Positions 21,718 to 33,502 of a stretch of DNA of 64,000 nucleotides are shown here, one piece after another. The notes below the pieces were generated by a model. That model was not told the DNA's origin. It saw nothing but the letters and a program-made list of their open reading frames with translations, and did not search any database. The DNA comes from Corallochytrium limacisporum Hawaii (taxonomy: Eukaryota > Protista > Pluriformea). How positions within the stretch are numbered: position 1 is the first letter of the stretch; each line of letters starts with the position of its first letter. The position numbers and the translations under genes are program-made. Where the stretch lies: positions 62,001 to 126,000 of the forward strand of contig PDIP01000034.1 of the NCBI GenBank assembly GCA_002811645.1. The letters are read 5' to 3'.

Positions 21718-23034
21718 TCACTGTTGCAGGGGGTAATTGCCCTGACTGTAGTTGGGATCACCTCCAACTGCCTCTTCTCCACGCATCTGACGCAACATCT
21801 GCTCCTCTGCCGCGACTTCAAAGCTCAGGCCAGTGATCTGGTTGTGCAAGTGGCTGAGTTGCCGCTGTAACTCTTCAATATGGCGCTTCTTCGCTTCAAT
21901 GGACCGCATGATCTCCACTTCTTGCTGCTTAGTGGGCATATCTTTCTTGCCCACTTGAGAAAGTGTTCTGGGTGGCTTGCTGGGGTTGCTAACATTTGCC
22001 TGGTCAGGTACATTTTCCTCAGGGATGGTCAAACCCATGACACCAGGGGGGCCGTAGACAATAAATGGTTCACCAATCTGTTTCATACCCTTGTTCTGTG
22101 GGGCACCAAGATGTCCTGCCTTTGCTGAATGTTCCAGGGCGTGGGCTACATTTCCGTTCGGTCCACATGCATCCAAAATTTCCTGGGGTGGTGTTTTGTA
22201 GAAGTGGATGTCCTTGAAAGCCTTGGACTTATTGATAGTGTGAATGAGCGAGTTTGTGATCTTACCTATGTAGCTCAGTGGCCAGTAATAGGATGTGCCA
22301 CGACTATTCTTGTGACTTCCTCGTCCTCGTCCTGATTGAGGCGGCAATGGTGCCCCACTTTGGGGAATGGCTTCCACGTTAAACGTCTTTTCAGGTTTCT
22401 GTCCCACAGTCTTGACCAGCAGTCCATACCTCCAGGTCTCTGGTTCTACGGCACGGAATTTCCTGACGATTGTTGTTGTCATGTTGGTCTTGACATTCAT
22501 GTTAGCATGCAGCAAATGCAACACAAACTCACCAATGGAACGAGTACTCATGTAGTAGTCTCCGTATCCATGGAAGTTTGAAAATAGAATCTGCACCGGG
22601 AAGTTGATCCAATTGTTGACCTCATAGACCACATTCAACTGCATATCCGGAATCTTGTCCTTGACAATATTGCAAAGTTTGAAGAGATAGTCGTTGATGG
22701 TTTCTTGTTTCACAGCCATGGGGACATGCTTCGCGGTGGCATCTTCCAAGTCCTCACCTGCGTGGCCAGTGTCATGCGTCTCGGACAGCATTGAACTCGC
22801 CCGTCGAATAGACAAGTCTGCTGTTGAACCAGTAGCTTCAGGATAGTATCCCGAAGCAGGATCACTGAACAAGCTCCCATACTCCACGGGACCTGGGCCT
22901 GGACCTGGCTGAAAGGCCGCCTCTGGTCCTGGAGAGTGGCTCCCGAAGTGTGGGAACTGTGGCGATGTTGGATTTCCCGTGCTGGTTGGCGGCGGGAATA
23001 GCCCAGTGTGTGCCTGATCTGCACCTTTGGACAT
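21718..23034 (-). CDS. Hypothetical protein, putative DNA-binding factor (P/G-rich N-terminus, globular core, C-terminal coiled coil)
   Basis: 438-aa ATG-initiated ORF with natural composition; heptad coiled coil IEELQRQLSHLHNQITGL; no confident family match. Confidence 0.75.
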   Translation of the reverse strand: MSKGADQAHTGLFPPPTSTGNPTSPQFPHFGSHSPGPEAAFQPGPGPGPVEYGSLFSDPASGYYPEATGSTADLSIRRASSMLSETHDTGHAGEDLEDATAKHVPMAVKQETINDYLFKLCNIVKDKIPDMQLNVVYEVNNWINFPVQILFSNFHGYGDYYMSTRSIGEFVLHLLHANMNVKTNMTTTIVRKFRAVEPETWRYGLLVKTVGQKPEKTFNVEAIPQSGAPLPPQSGRGRGSHKNSRGTSYYWPLSYIGKITNSLIHTINKSKAFKDIHFYKTPPQEILDACGPNGNVAHALEHSAKAGHLGAPQNKGMKQIGEPFIVYGPPGVMGLTIPEENVPDQANVSNPSKPPRTLSQVGKKDMPTKQQEVEIMRSIEAKKRHIEELQRQLSHLHNQITGLSFEVAAEEQMLRQMRGEEAVGGDPNYSQGNYPLQQ

Positions 23035-24852
23035 TGTTAGTGACTCCCTAGATCAGTTTTGTATGTTTTCCTTCTATGCTACTTTCGCTCTGCAGAGTGG
23101 TATCTCTGTAACTGCGCGTTGTTGAGTTGCTTTCCCGGCTGTGTGATTTGTTCGAACAGAAATGTATTGTTCACTTTCGTGTAAGTTAACGTATACCGTT
23201 GTCAGAGTGTTTTTTTTTTAACAAATTCTCAAACCTTGCATATGCGTTTGAATGCGTCTGCTTTTTATTGAACTGCAAACTTCTTCGTTTCGCCCAGGGC
23301 AACTGGTTTGAGAAAGTTGTTTTTGATTAGTTCAGCACTGGAGAAGGGGGAGGCAGCGATAGTTCAACCAGCCACTGTCTAGGCCAGTCTGTGAGGCCAA
23401 GGGTTTGCCTGATTCCTCCCCCCTCGCACTTCGATTCCTCCTTGGTAGAATATTTTGACCAATGTCGGGCTTTTGATGCAAGCCCAAATTGTTGTTGGTT
23501 CCCAGTGAACAGGTGCACTCTTCACAAGATGTCTTGTTGTATAGGCACTGGAACTCTTCGGGGTACGTACTGGCCGAGCTTCTTTAACCCCGATCAGTTG
23601 AAGATAAGGCTGTCCCAAACACCAGGCGAATGGCTACAACAAAGAAGTTACAGCCTAATTACAGAAGCGCACTTAGTGAAAGGAAACATTTTGCATCTGG
23701 AATCCAAATGTACAACATCAACAGGGTCCCTTGGTCCCAACTTGTTGAAGCATACTGGGTAGTTTAGCGCGCACGGTACCGTGCCCATCAACCCCGTGTT
23801 CTTTTCAATGGCGCATCGACCCAAGACAGTCCCACAGTTGGCCCTAGAGCACAGTACTTCCGTGTCCTCTTCTTCGTAAACGGACGTTATTCGCTGCCGA
23901 CACGCAAAATTCCCGCTCAGCGTGCTCCCGTTTTCCTTTCCCCCAGGGCCGTTTCAAATCTGCGTCCTTGCTTGAGACGCTGGGCGCACATTTGGTTGGG
24001 AAGGGGACGGTATTCTGATATTTCAACGACTTTAATATTTCTCTTTACATAATGAATAAATGAGAAAACGAAATTAGATACACATCTCGATCCCATATGG
24101 GCTGCAACGTGTGCTTCCCGATTGGGTGTAGGAACGACAGGGAGCGAGTCGTCCGTTTCGGGCGCAAGCAAGACTGTTGGGACCAATGGAGGGGCTTCAC
24201 CGATTCGATTGTATTCGGTGGTCTTGCCCGTTCCCAAATTCACACTTTCGCCCCACCCCTCCCGCGAGGCGGGCGTCCTTTGGAATCCTTGACAACTGCT
24301 ACGCTCCAGTTTTGATTCCCAAACACACAGCACGTGCACGGTTGATCAAAACTTGAGATTGAATTTTCTGCCACCACCGTTGCACTATGGGCTGGGCAGC
24401 TCTAAAATTGTGAGCCGGTCTAAACAGACCCCTCTTACCGCTCAGCAACCAAGGCAGACCCGCCCCTTTCCCCAACGCGAAGAAGAATAAAAATATAAAT
24501 ATTGCGGATCAATTTCAGTAGTGAATGTAGCAAGACCACCCTGAGCCACTTCATTTATGGTGGGACGGTTACAAAGTGTTCAACACCGGGACGAAGGACC
24601 CATACTTCCAAACGCGTTCGGACTTGCGAACTTCTTCTTGTCGGTTTCTCGTCTGTTGATTTTGCGAACTGCTAATAAAGACACTGTAAAAACTATAAGC
24701 AGTGATGCTACTGTTGGAGGAGAGAGGTCAGGGTGTGTCGCAAGTTCTTGGCTCTGACGACTGAGGGTCAGAGACACAGCAAGACAAACGCCAGCGGACA
24801 ACAACAACGACCAAAAAAAAAGAAAGGGGGGGGGGGGTCAGAGGAAGAAAGG

Positions 24853-24886
<34 letters not shown>
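24853..24886. repeat. (GA)n microsatellite and G-rich tract
   Basis: GAGAGA run flanked by G homopolymers and a 5-N gap. Confidence 0.85.
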
Positions 24887-24888
<2 letters not shown>

Positions 24889-26514
24889 CACGAGCCAGGT
24901 GGAGGAGGGGTGGTGTGGTCCTTTCNNNNNGGGGGGGGAGAACTGGGCCAGCCAGGAACAGGGTGTCCCTCACATCCATGGGCTCTGTAGCCAGAGTCTC
25001 TATAGGCAGCAGAGAGTGTAAGGGCTAAGGACTGACTAGTCCAAGACTCGTCACAAGCAACACGGAGTTGACGTCTCAATCAACAAATTCACAATAATCG
25101 AGTCGTGTGAAACCGTTTGGACAGTCATACTTTCAAGGCATACAAAAAAACAAACATGGAACGAACAAAAACACATACAAATGCTGGCATGCCTACATTA
25201 CCTGTGAGAATGGAGAGATGCATGCTTTGGCGGTGATGGGTGCTACCATGCTGGTAAAGCATTACTACAGAAAAGAACTTCGCACTGCGGACTCTCGTCT
25301 CTTACCCAGGACATCACACAGTCGTAAGGACTGCCATCGTCCACACCATCCACCATGGTCAGCAATAAGAATCGAGTTGCACAGACAGAAAAAATCAACT
25401 CACCCGCAACCTATGGGTGCAGTAGCCGGAAACGGGAGACCGTAGGTCATCGTGTAGTCACTTCGAAAGATTACGAGACTGAGGTTGATCTCTTACCCGC
25501 GCCCGCTTGTGGGTCCTCGTCAGATCCCAAAAGAGTCGATCCGGTATCCAGGGAAAGGCTTACCTCTCACTTATCAATGCCACCCGCCTCGTATGCGCCG
25601 CCGCGCGTCAAGGGGCTAGGCCCCCCCCAGCCCATGGAGGGCCTGCATCCCCTTCTGACGATCCCCCACCTCACACGCCCCCTACAAACCAATTCTCACC
25701 CCCCATCCTCCTCCCCCACTCTCCCCCCCCCCTTTAATCCTGCAGCCAGAGGGGAAGTAAGTCAGTTCACAACAGTGGACCCCTACTAATCTTGCTAAAT
25801 TTAGTAACACTGTTACAAATACTCTTAGGGGTTACCAACAAACCTCGGCAACCGTTCTCGGCGTACTTAGTCATGGGGGCCCTTATTTTAGTACCATTTA
25901 GTACGGCGGATATTTCACAAAAATGGGGAGACTGGAATGGCTCTGATGGGCATGGGACACCCGTGTGATCTTATCACCAACAAACTTGTCTCTCTCTCTC
26001 ACTCTCTATGTCCGTTACCTTGCCTCTTTACGTTCAAGTACGTCCGTAGTCAATGGATTGTATTGTAGTTGTCATGTTCGTATTGAGACCAGCCCTTACT
26101 TTTCCCTGCTCTAAAGCAATATGGTACGAGAAACTCTTCTGTATATTGAATGAAGCTGCTGCATGAATCGTAAGTAAGAAAACGGACGTCCTTAGTCATC
26201 AGCTGCGCATGGAACTATATCAGTACTGCCTTATGTTCGATTGCACTGAGATTGTATCCCATGCAAAGGATAGATGGGGTCCGCATTTTCGACTTCAGAC
26301 ATGGATGAATCTTAAAGCGCCTGTACATCGTTGTCTACTGCATTACATGGCACGGGGTTTGTTGCTGATGGTATCATCCCCATGTTCTTGCACACACGCC
26401 CGAACGCCCAACGTACACATGCATGCCCGGCAACTGGTCCCAGTGCTACCACTGTTCCATGCCCTGATCATGTTAATTAGGGAGCGGCAATCTACGAACG
26501 CGTTCAATTCTCCA

Positions 26515-26915
26515 ATATCGGTTTTGTGGTACATTTGTTCAGCGAAGCGCATGGTCGAGCAGTGCAACGTTTCTTCGCACAGCTCACACAAGAACGTGCA
26601 GTGACAGAAACGCTTGTAAACTGCGATCCCATCACATGCTACACACACCATACGGTAATTTTTAAAGTCGCCCTCGGGCCGTGCAGATGTCACATTGAAT
26701 AGAATGACCATGCGTATGACGACCATATCGGTTGTTTATACATTTGTTCAGCGAAGCGCACGGTCGAGCAGTGCAACGTTTCTTCACGCAGCTCACACAA
26801 TAACGTGCAGTGACAGAAACGCTTGTAATTGCGATCCCATCACATGCTACACACCATACGGTAATTTACAAACTCGCCCTCAGGCCGTGCAGATTTCACA
26901 CTGAATGGAATGCCC
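26515..26915. repeat. Tandem duplication of a ~210-bp unit, within a probable decayed Cys-rich coding sequence on the minus strand
   Basis: Copies start at ATATCGGTT (26515 and 26725) and share long identical blocks such as TACATTTGTTCAGCGAAGCGCA and GTGCAGTGACAGAAACGCTTGTAA, with small indels. Confidence 0.9.
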
Positions 26916-28691
26916 ACGCGACGAACCATTTCATGGCAGCGGCGGGTCAACAAGATTGTAATGAGACCCCAACCCCCCGCTACCTCAAACAGGGGCCTAT
27001 TTATGAATTTACAAGACAGAGGCGCCCCGGTAACCACCACGCTGCAAGCCCGCACTTAGTATCGCAAGCGGTTGGTGTTTCCCAATATGGGAAGATTTGT
27101 ATAGAACCTTCCGTACTACGTATTGACTATCATCCCCAACTTCACGTGCCCGTTCAAAATGACCATTCAAGGATGTTATGGTAGACTCCATAGAACCACA
27201 AATGGTTTCAAGTAACCTGGAAAAACTAACCGGTACTAGTGGCGCCAGCTACTCCCAGAATGCTCACACTCAATGGGTGATATGTTTATTTAGCAGGAAC
27301 TCAATTCACCCACTCAACCCAAACGTTGCAGAGATTCATTCACATCTGTATGAAAGGGTTGCCGGGTGTAAGAATACAAAGATGCAGTCGGCGCAAAACA
27401 CTCTGTTAGATACCTATACTTAACCTACTGGAAGGCTCTTTTGCGTTTATCGTCCGTGCAAAAAGACATAGTAACTGTCCAGTTCCACCGTCGTGGGACT
27501 GACTGGGGATTCCTACGTGGTGAACTACGACGTGCACAAATCGCAGCACAAAATTTATTAGTACACAATGTACCTCGCTGATGGCACGGCTGGTGGACAG
27601 TGCCGGACTGAGGACATATGCGCGACACTGGGCACCCACCCCAATGACGTGAAACCCCCGCTCCCACCAATTTTTTTCAGGGGTCGCCCACAGGATGCAG
27701 GGTGCGCCAGTGTTCTACCAACCTCTGCCCCATTAATTAAGGAGGAATTCGGGTTTATAGGGTCGCAACCTTCTTTGAATCAAACTAATCTTATCGCATT
27801 TGATTTCTTCCCTCCCTTTTCCCGCAGGTTAGGCATCGTGCTGGTCATGAAAGACGGTATCAATTATTTACGACAGAAAGTACGAGGAGACACTGAATCC
27901 CAGAGGCAGAGTGCCTTCACTGCAACATCAGCTTGACCGTCAATCACAGTACTGAAGAATTGTTTGGAATCTCATTAATCAAAGTAATTCAATTATTTGA
28001 TTTATGTTTGTAGCAACCTGGAATGGTGTGGAAATGGAGAAAAAAATCAGAATCTCCCTCCTTATATTACGGTGCATGTTTTTAGGCAGATTCCTCCTTA
28101 CCTTATGGGGCGGAGGTTGGTACAAGGATCATTGCGCACATTAGCCTGCTAGTATATAGCGATTTGAACACAGCCAGTCTTAATAGTAAATGAACTGTAT
28201 AGGTTTGAAACTCGGAGTAGGCTTCTTTGCATCCTTTGTTTAACTGATGACAGCCTGGCCCCACGAGCGGTTTGGAGAGGAAAGGCGATGACAAGTACGG
28301 ACCGACCGTCCTGGATCCAAAAGGATGATAACTGGGTAAGCAAATGGCCATAGAGGACAAGCGCAAAACCGTCGGCGGAATAAGGGGAAGGGATTGGGTA
28401 TTTAACCCCAATTTTTTGCCGTTTTGTTCCTCTCCACCGGCGTGAAGCACGGTACATTGACTATGGACGCAAATACGGCAGCGCCAGAAGCATTCTCAGT
28501 CCAGGATTTGTCAGTTAATGACTAACCCACCAAGTCTTCCCCTTCAACTTAGAGACCTCATAAACCACCACAATCGCTTCTCTACTCACTGGAGATTTTG
28601 ACCCGTAGACAATAAGTGACCAGCACATTCATGACCGCTGGCACACCCATTGCACCCGATAGTGGCATCCCTGTTTGCCATGTATGTTGCG

Positions 28692-28862
28692 GTATGTAGG
28701 AGCCCCTAGACCGTCGGTTTATGAAAGTCTCTTTCCCGTCACTCCCAACGTGTTGCGGTCCGGACCGTCCTATGGATTGCTGTACACACAGATCTCTGAA
28801 TAAGGGCTATTTCGAGTGCAAAGTTCAAGAAGCTTTGCAGAACACTGACGTATCTTGGATAG
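28692..28862 (+). other. Candidate 5'-UTR intron of the 28976 gene
   Basis: GTATGT donors at 28682 and 28692, ACTGAC branch motif near 28845, ATAG acceptor at 28862. Confidence 0.5.
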
Positions 28863-28975
28863 AAGCCAACTGCTGGTCGGTGGTTGAACATCTACTGCGA
28901 GCAAGGGTGACAGAGTAGTCGCATTGTAGCGCGCTCGCAAAAAAGAGATCGAAGGGAAGAACGTATACATATCAA

Positions 28976-30637
28976 ATGTCTGACTATACTTCCTCTCGAC
29001 TGCACGCCGGAAAGGCTCGTGTAGGCAAGAGTGGAATAACGCTCAAGTGGCGATTGGCCATAGCCATCATTGTGGCCGTGGCTCTGACTCAGATATTGCT
29101 CCAGTTCGAGGTCTTCTTCCCATCTATTCATAGCGGCACTTCAAGTCCCGGGTCTGAGACGGACACCTCGGAGACGGGACCTGCCTCTGTCGCTCCTGAG
29201 TCTGCAACTAGTAAAATCGACACTGATTCCTCAGATGAGAATATGAGAGCGAAGCAGCGGGCTGCTAAGCGTGCTCAAAAGATCCTAGCCGAGGTCGTCC
29301 CGGAGGCGTTTGGCCCGAACCGCAGTGGTCCACCTCGAACACTCGGCCAGAACGATACCCTCCACCAAAAGTACTGGCGCGATGTGCCCGTGAGCGACAG
29401 TAACAAGGCGGTTGATCACTTCCATACCTTTGACTACGCTGCGGCACCGATAGATCCCGAGGGAGAGATTCTTAGGCACACGGACCGCTTCTGCTTCAAA
29501 TATATGGGTGATTTGGTCGCTGTTAGACTTTGGGAGCAAAACGCCAAGGGACAACTGGACGAGATCGGCCTGGAAACTGCGTGGCGGGCAGCAGCGGATG
29601 CCGTGCGTGAGGCATGCCTGCACAACAATCGTTGGAGGCTGCTGGTTGACCCTACCATGCTTAAGACAGAGGAAACACAGGCAGGCCTTGCTGAGGAAGG
29701 AGCTGACGACGACGTCAATGAGATTAGCACGATTGGTGGTGGAAGTCAACAAAAGCTTGACAGCAACGGGAGCGAGTGGGTCTGGAACTTGGACATTAAA
29801 GAATTCTTGAAAGCCACCAGTGACAAGCAAATCTACGTCCTTGGTGACTCCATTTCCCGCAACATCAACGCCAACTTCCGTATGTTTGGCCATAAGGACT
29901 CAAACACGGTCTGGTGTCCGCTGATTTCCGACTCTGCGCTGGATCAAAAGGAGACACTGGCCCACAAGCGAAGCCGCAAGCCAATTCCACTCAAGCCCGG
30001 TTTGTGTCAAAACTTCCTCGATGTGCTCAAGAAGGAGACTGACAAACCCTTCTATATTCTTATTCAGATGGGTCGTTGGCTACAGGGATCCACTAGCCTG
30101 GAAGACAAACAACAGATGCTTAGTTCGCTGCGTACAGAGATTATTAAGACCCAAGAACAGCGAATAGGCAAGGGACTGGAACCACACCACATTGCGTTCG
30201 TCTCGTACATGAGCCGACACTACGAGCATGGTGACTGGGATGATGGAGGCCACTGCTCGAGCGCCTACGATCCGGACTCCAAACCGCGGGACACTTGGTA
30301 CCACGACTTTCGAAAACTTCTCGAGGAGGGACGTACTGACATTGACGCAGCCGTAAAGAAACTGGAGGACGGCGTGGAGATCGAATTTGCAGTGAAGCTG
30401 CTGTTACTTGACGAAAAGTACCTGTCAGACATCAACAAGGAATATCTTACCTACGTCAACGTTACGGAGGCTTCCATATTCCGATTTGACGGCCACGCAG
30501 GTCCAGCTGACTGCAGTCACTACGTCACTCCAGGACCACAAACTCCGGTGCTAAGTCAGATACTCCACGCATGGGATATTCCAAACCAGATGGTACCCGT
30601 AAGTGTTCTGCAATCTTCTGCTCAAGAGGATGCGTGA
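28976..30637 (+). CDS. Type II membrane SGNH/PC-esterase (TBL/Cas1p-like) putative glycan O-acetyltransferase or esterase
   Basis: N-terminal basic segment plus TM helix, S/T-rich stem, IYVLGDSISRN and RFDGH...ADCSHY (GDS and DxxH catalytic motifs). Confidence 0.75.
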   Translation: MSDYTSSRLHAGKARVGKSGITLKWRLAIAIIVAVALTQILLQFEVFFPSIHSGTSSPGSETDTSETGPASVAPESATSKIDTDSSDENMRAKQRAAKRAQKILAEVVPEAFGPNRSGPPRTLGQNDTLHQKYWRDVPVSDSNKAVDHFHTFDYAAAPIDPEGEILRHTDRFCFKYMGDLVAVRLWEQNAKGQLDEIGLETAWRAAADAVREACLHNNRWRLLVDPTMLKTEETQAGLAEEGADDDVNEISTIGGGSQQKLDSNGSEWVWNLDIKEFLKATSDKQIYVLGDSISRNINANFRMFGHKDSNTVWCPLISDSALDQKETLAHKRSRKPIPLKPGLCQNFLDVLKKETDKPFYILIQMGRWLQGSTSLEDKQQMLSSLRTEIIKTQEQRIGKGLEPHHIAFVSYMSRHYEHGDWDDGGHCSSAYDPDSKPRDTWYHDFRKLLEEGRTDIDAAVKKLEDGVEIEFAVKLLLLDEKYLSDINKEYLTYVNVTEASIFRFDGHAGPADCSHYVTPGPQTPVLSQILHAWDIPNQMVPVSVLQSSAQEDA

Positions 30638-30772
30638 CATAGTAACATGGTATCAATTTAATATATAGTATTTTTTTCAATGCCTGATTTGTCACATTCC
30701 TACATTGGAACAGCCACGAGTCGTCGCTTGACGAAGGATACATATTATGAGACTAAACTTACCTGCCTCCGT

Positions 30773-32810
30773 TCAGTTCTGACCAGGAGGCATCTTTGAA
30801 GATGAATCCGGAGTAGGCTCTGGAGTCATCGACTTGGCTTCCTGGACGAAGCGATCTGTTGCGTCGTAGACCAGACGCATTGCATCAATCCGGCTCACAA
30901 CACCGAAAAAAGGATCAAACCCGTCGCTGGCATAGAAGTGGGCACCGTCACGGCTGAGGTCGTAGCGAGGCATGGTGCTCAGGATACGATCGAACCAAAT
31001 AAAGCCCGAATTTCGAACCAGCGGTTTCACCATGTCATGGAATTTCTCCAAATTTTCCGTCCCCGGAACGTATCCACATTCGAATGGCTCCTTCAAGAAT
31101 TCCATAACGTACTTGTTCTCCGGTATGTCCAGTAATCGGAAGGGGTGGAGGAGAGTGTTCTGGTATCTCCAGTATGCTGAGGGCAAGTCATGGTCGGGAT
31201 GGTGAGCGGGACCAGCAATCGCACCCGCAAAGGAGGCCGTGTTTGTTTCAAAGTACTTGATGACTTTCTTATCGATGGCTGCAAACCGGTCCTCTAGAGC
31301 TGTCCAGAGTTTGATGAAATTCGTGTACAATTCTCCGGCACAATTAAGATCCGAGCACCCAAACCTGTAGTCCCACCGTCCAGTCTTAAATGTGTAAACG
31401 TCAGGTGCAAATTGCTCCTTGACGTTCAATACATCGAGAGCCATATCAAGGGATGGTCGTCTCTGTAACTTCCCGCAATTTCCGTCATGATTGTAGATAC
31501 CCTTAATAAAGGTAAAGGTGAACGTAATGTTGCCCCACTGGCCATCCTCACTGAGATCCAGTTTGTACTCCTTTGGTGAATGTTTGGCTGAGGGTCTACC
31601 GACTATTTTGCTTTGAGGATGCTCAAACTCGCACGATCCCGTGACCTCCCGCATCATATGCTCCACACCAGTACTGAACAAAGTCACAATGTCACAGAAC
31701 ATTCCTCTGGACACAGAATCGCCCACCATATGGAACCACCGGTCTTTCCAAATGTATCGCAGCTCCTGTGGCGTGTATCGGGACATATTGCAGTCTTCTC
31801 CTGCCCACACATACTGCGTGTCAATGTCATTACTACCCCCAAACTCGTGATGCAAAACAGCGAGATTCTCGGGCGGCTTCTTGTCCAGAAACCGCCAGTG
31901 GGCGTGGGAGCCGTCCACAGTGCAGTTCTTAGCCTTTGGTCCACTGAATTGTGGGTGTGTTATCCGCGCAATGAGGTCAGTAGGCGGCGCGTTCCCTAAT
32001 GGCTCCTCTGTATGCCCGAATAGGTGGCCGAAATAGTCACCAACTCCGTTCCCCGTTTTCTGCCTGCTAGGGAGGTGTACCCCGTAGTCCATGATCATGG
32101 GAATGCCTAGGACGCGATTGTAGCTGTCCAAACCTTCTCGTGAGCCACTTCCAAAATTGATGAATATATCAACAGTGTAGTTACCCGGCAGCAAAGGTTC
32201 TGTGATCGCCATAGCCATGCCAAGATCGTCCGAGTAGCCCCGAGTGCTCCATTGCAATATACCACCGCTCAGCATGGCTCCTGCAAAACGGTAAACAATC
32301 TCCGAACGGTTCAGCATGGAGCAAAACTCATCGTCTAGCCCAATTACCTGATTCGATTCGCATGCAAACTGCACGGCAACGGTGGCACGATTCAATAATT
32401 CATCCCATTCAACGGTTACAAACCCCGTGGCTAAGTCATCAGTGCCCTGCAGTTTTACTTCATGGTTTCGTAGAAGCACTAACTTGTACTCTGTTTGTGC
32501 TTTATGCTGTTCGTGCGTCAGCGGAAAAGTCAACTGGTCCACCGATGCACTGTTCAGGGATTGTTGATCGCTTACGAAGAAGGAACCTAATGCAATGAGC
32601 AGTAAGATAGCACCAGGCAGTAATATGTAAACACTAGTGCGCAATACAGAATGGACCTGCGCTCGCAAACTACGCAAACGTAGCTTTTCAACCCCATGAA
32701 TTAAGATACTCCCCACGCCGCACCGCACACGAATAGATTCATGGCTATCAAATTGTGTGCTTCCGTGGTCCGTCATTGCGAGTAACCCCTACCTTACAGT
32801 ATGGACGCAT
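30773..32810 (-). CDS. Type II membrane SGNH/PC-esterase-like protein. Probable structure: exon 32810-32793 (MRPYCK), intron 32792-32657, exon 32656-30773
   Basis: TM helix, PGNYTVDIF, YVWAGEDCNMSRY...WFHMVGDSVSRG and DGAHF. The ORF track starts at 32776; AAG|GTAGGG...GCGCAG gives an in-frame short basic N-terminus. Confidence 0.72.
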
Positions 32811-33502
32811 ACATTTTTCTGTGCATTCAGCGCATTTTGTGTTCATTGCGTCACATCCTCCCCACAGTTTTCTTCATGTTTTTTTAATCTCCCTGTGAAG
32901 CCCTTTTTCTGATTTAAGTCTTCTCCGAGGTGCTACCGTACGATCGTCTGCGTATGTCCTGAGAAGTACCCACAAAACACGTATTGTTTTCCATCTCACC
33001 TTAATTACATCGTACTCCCTGGTGACATATTACTGCTCTCTGCACTAGACTCCTTCAGAGCACTGATGACTTTAGCCACGGGTTTCGCATTTCATGTCCA
33101 ACTCGGCTATCCGGTCCGTCGATACAGAAGACAGGGCCCTCCGCTCCCCGGGCCCCCGAGAATTATGTGAGACCCGTACCAAAATTGGAAACGCCCCCTC
33201 CTGTTCGGCTGAGCCCCAGCCCGGTTTATTTCCTGTGTTGTCTCTTTAAGCAAAGGAATTGTCTAACTCCCTTGTCCTCACGGAGTCTCTGCCCGGGACT
33301 TAGGTGGAAGTCTGAACCGAGATTCTAATTTTATGAGTATTTGTTCCAGCGGCGTGCACAGGGAGCACTATCGAAGGTTTACAGCTACGCGCCGACTTGC
33401 GCCGAGTCGGTGTAACGCGTGGCTTTTTTTTTCTTCATCCTGCCCACATACCTAAGTCTGGTCAACAGGCGTGCGTCCCGCTTCAGTCGCTATAGACCCT
33501 GG

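Noticed and set aside
30755-30770. ACTTACCTG resembling the U1 snRNA 5' end
   Set aside because: No U1 body follows; it is the reverse complement of a splice donor.
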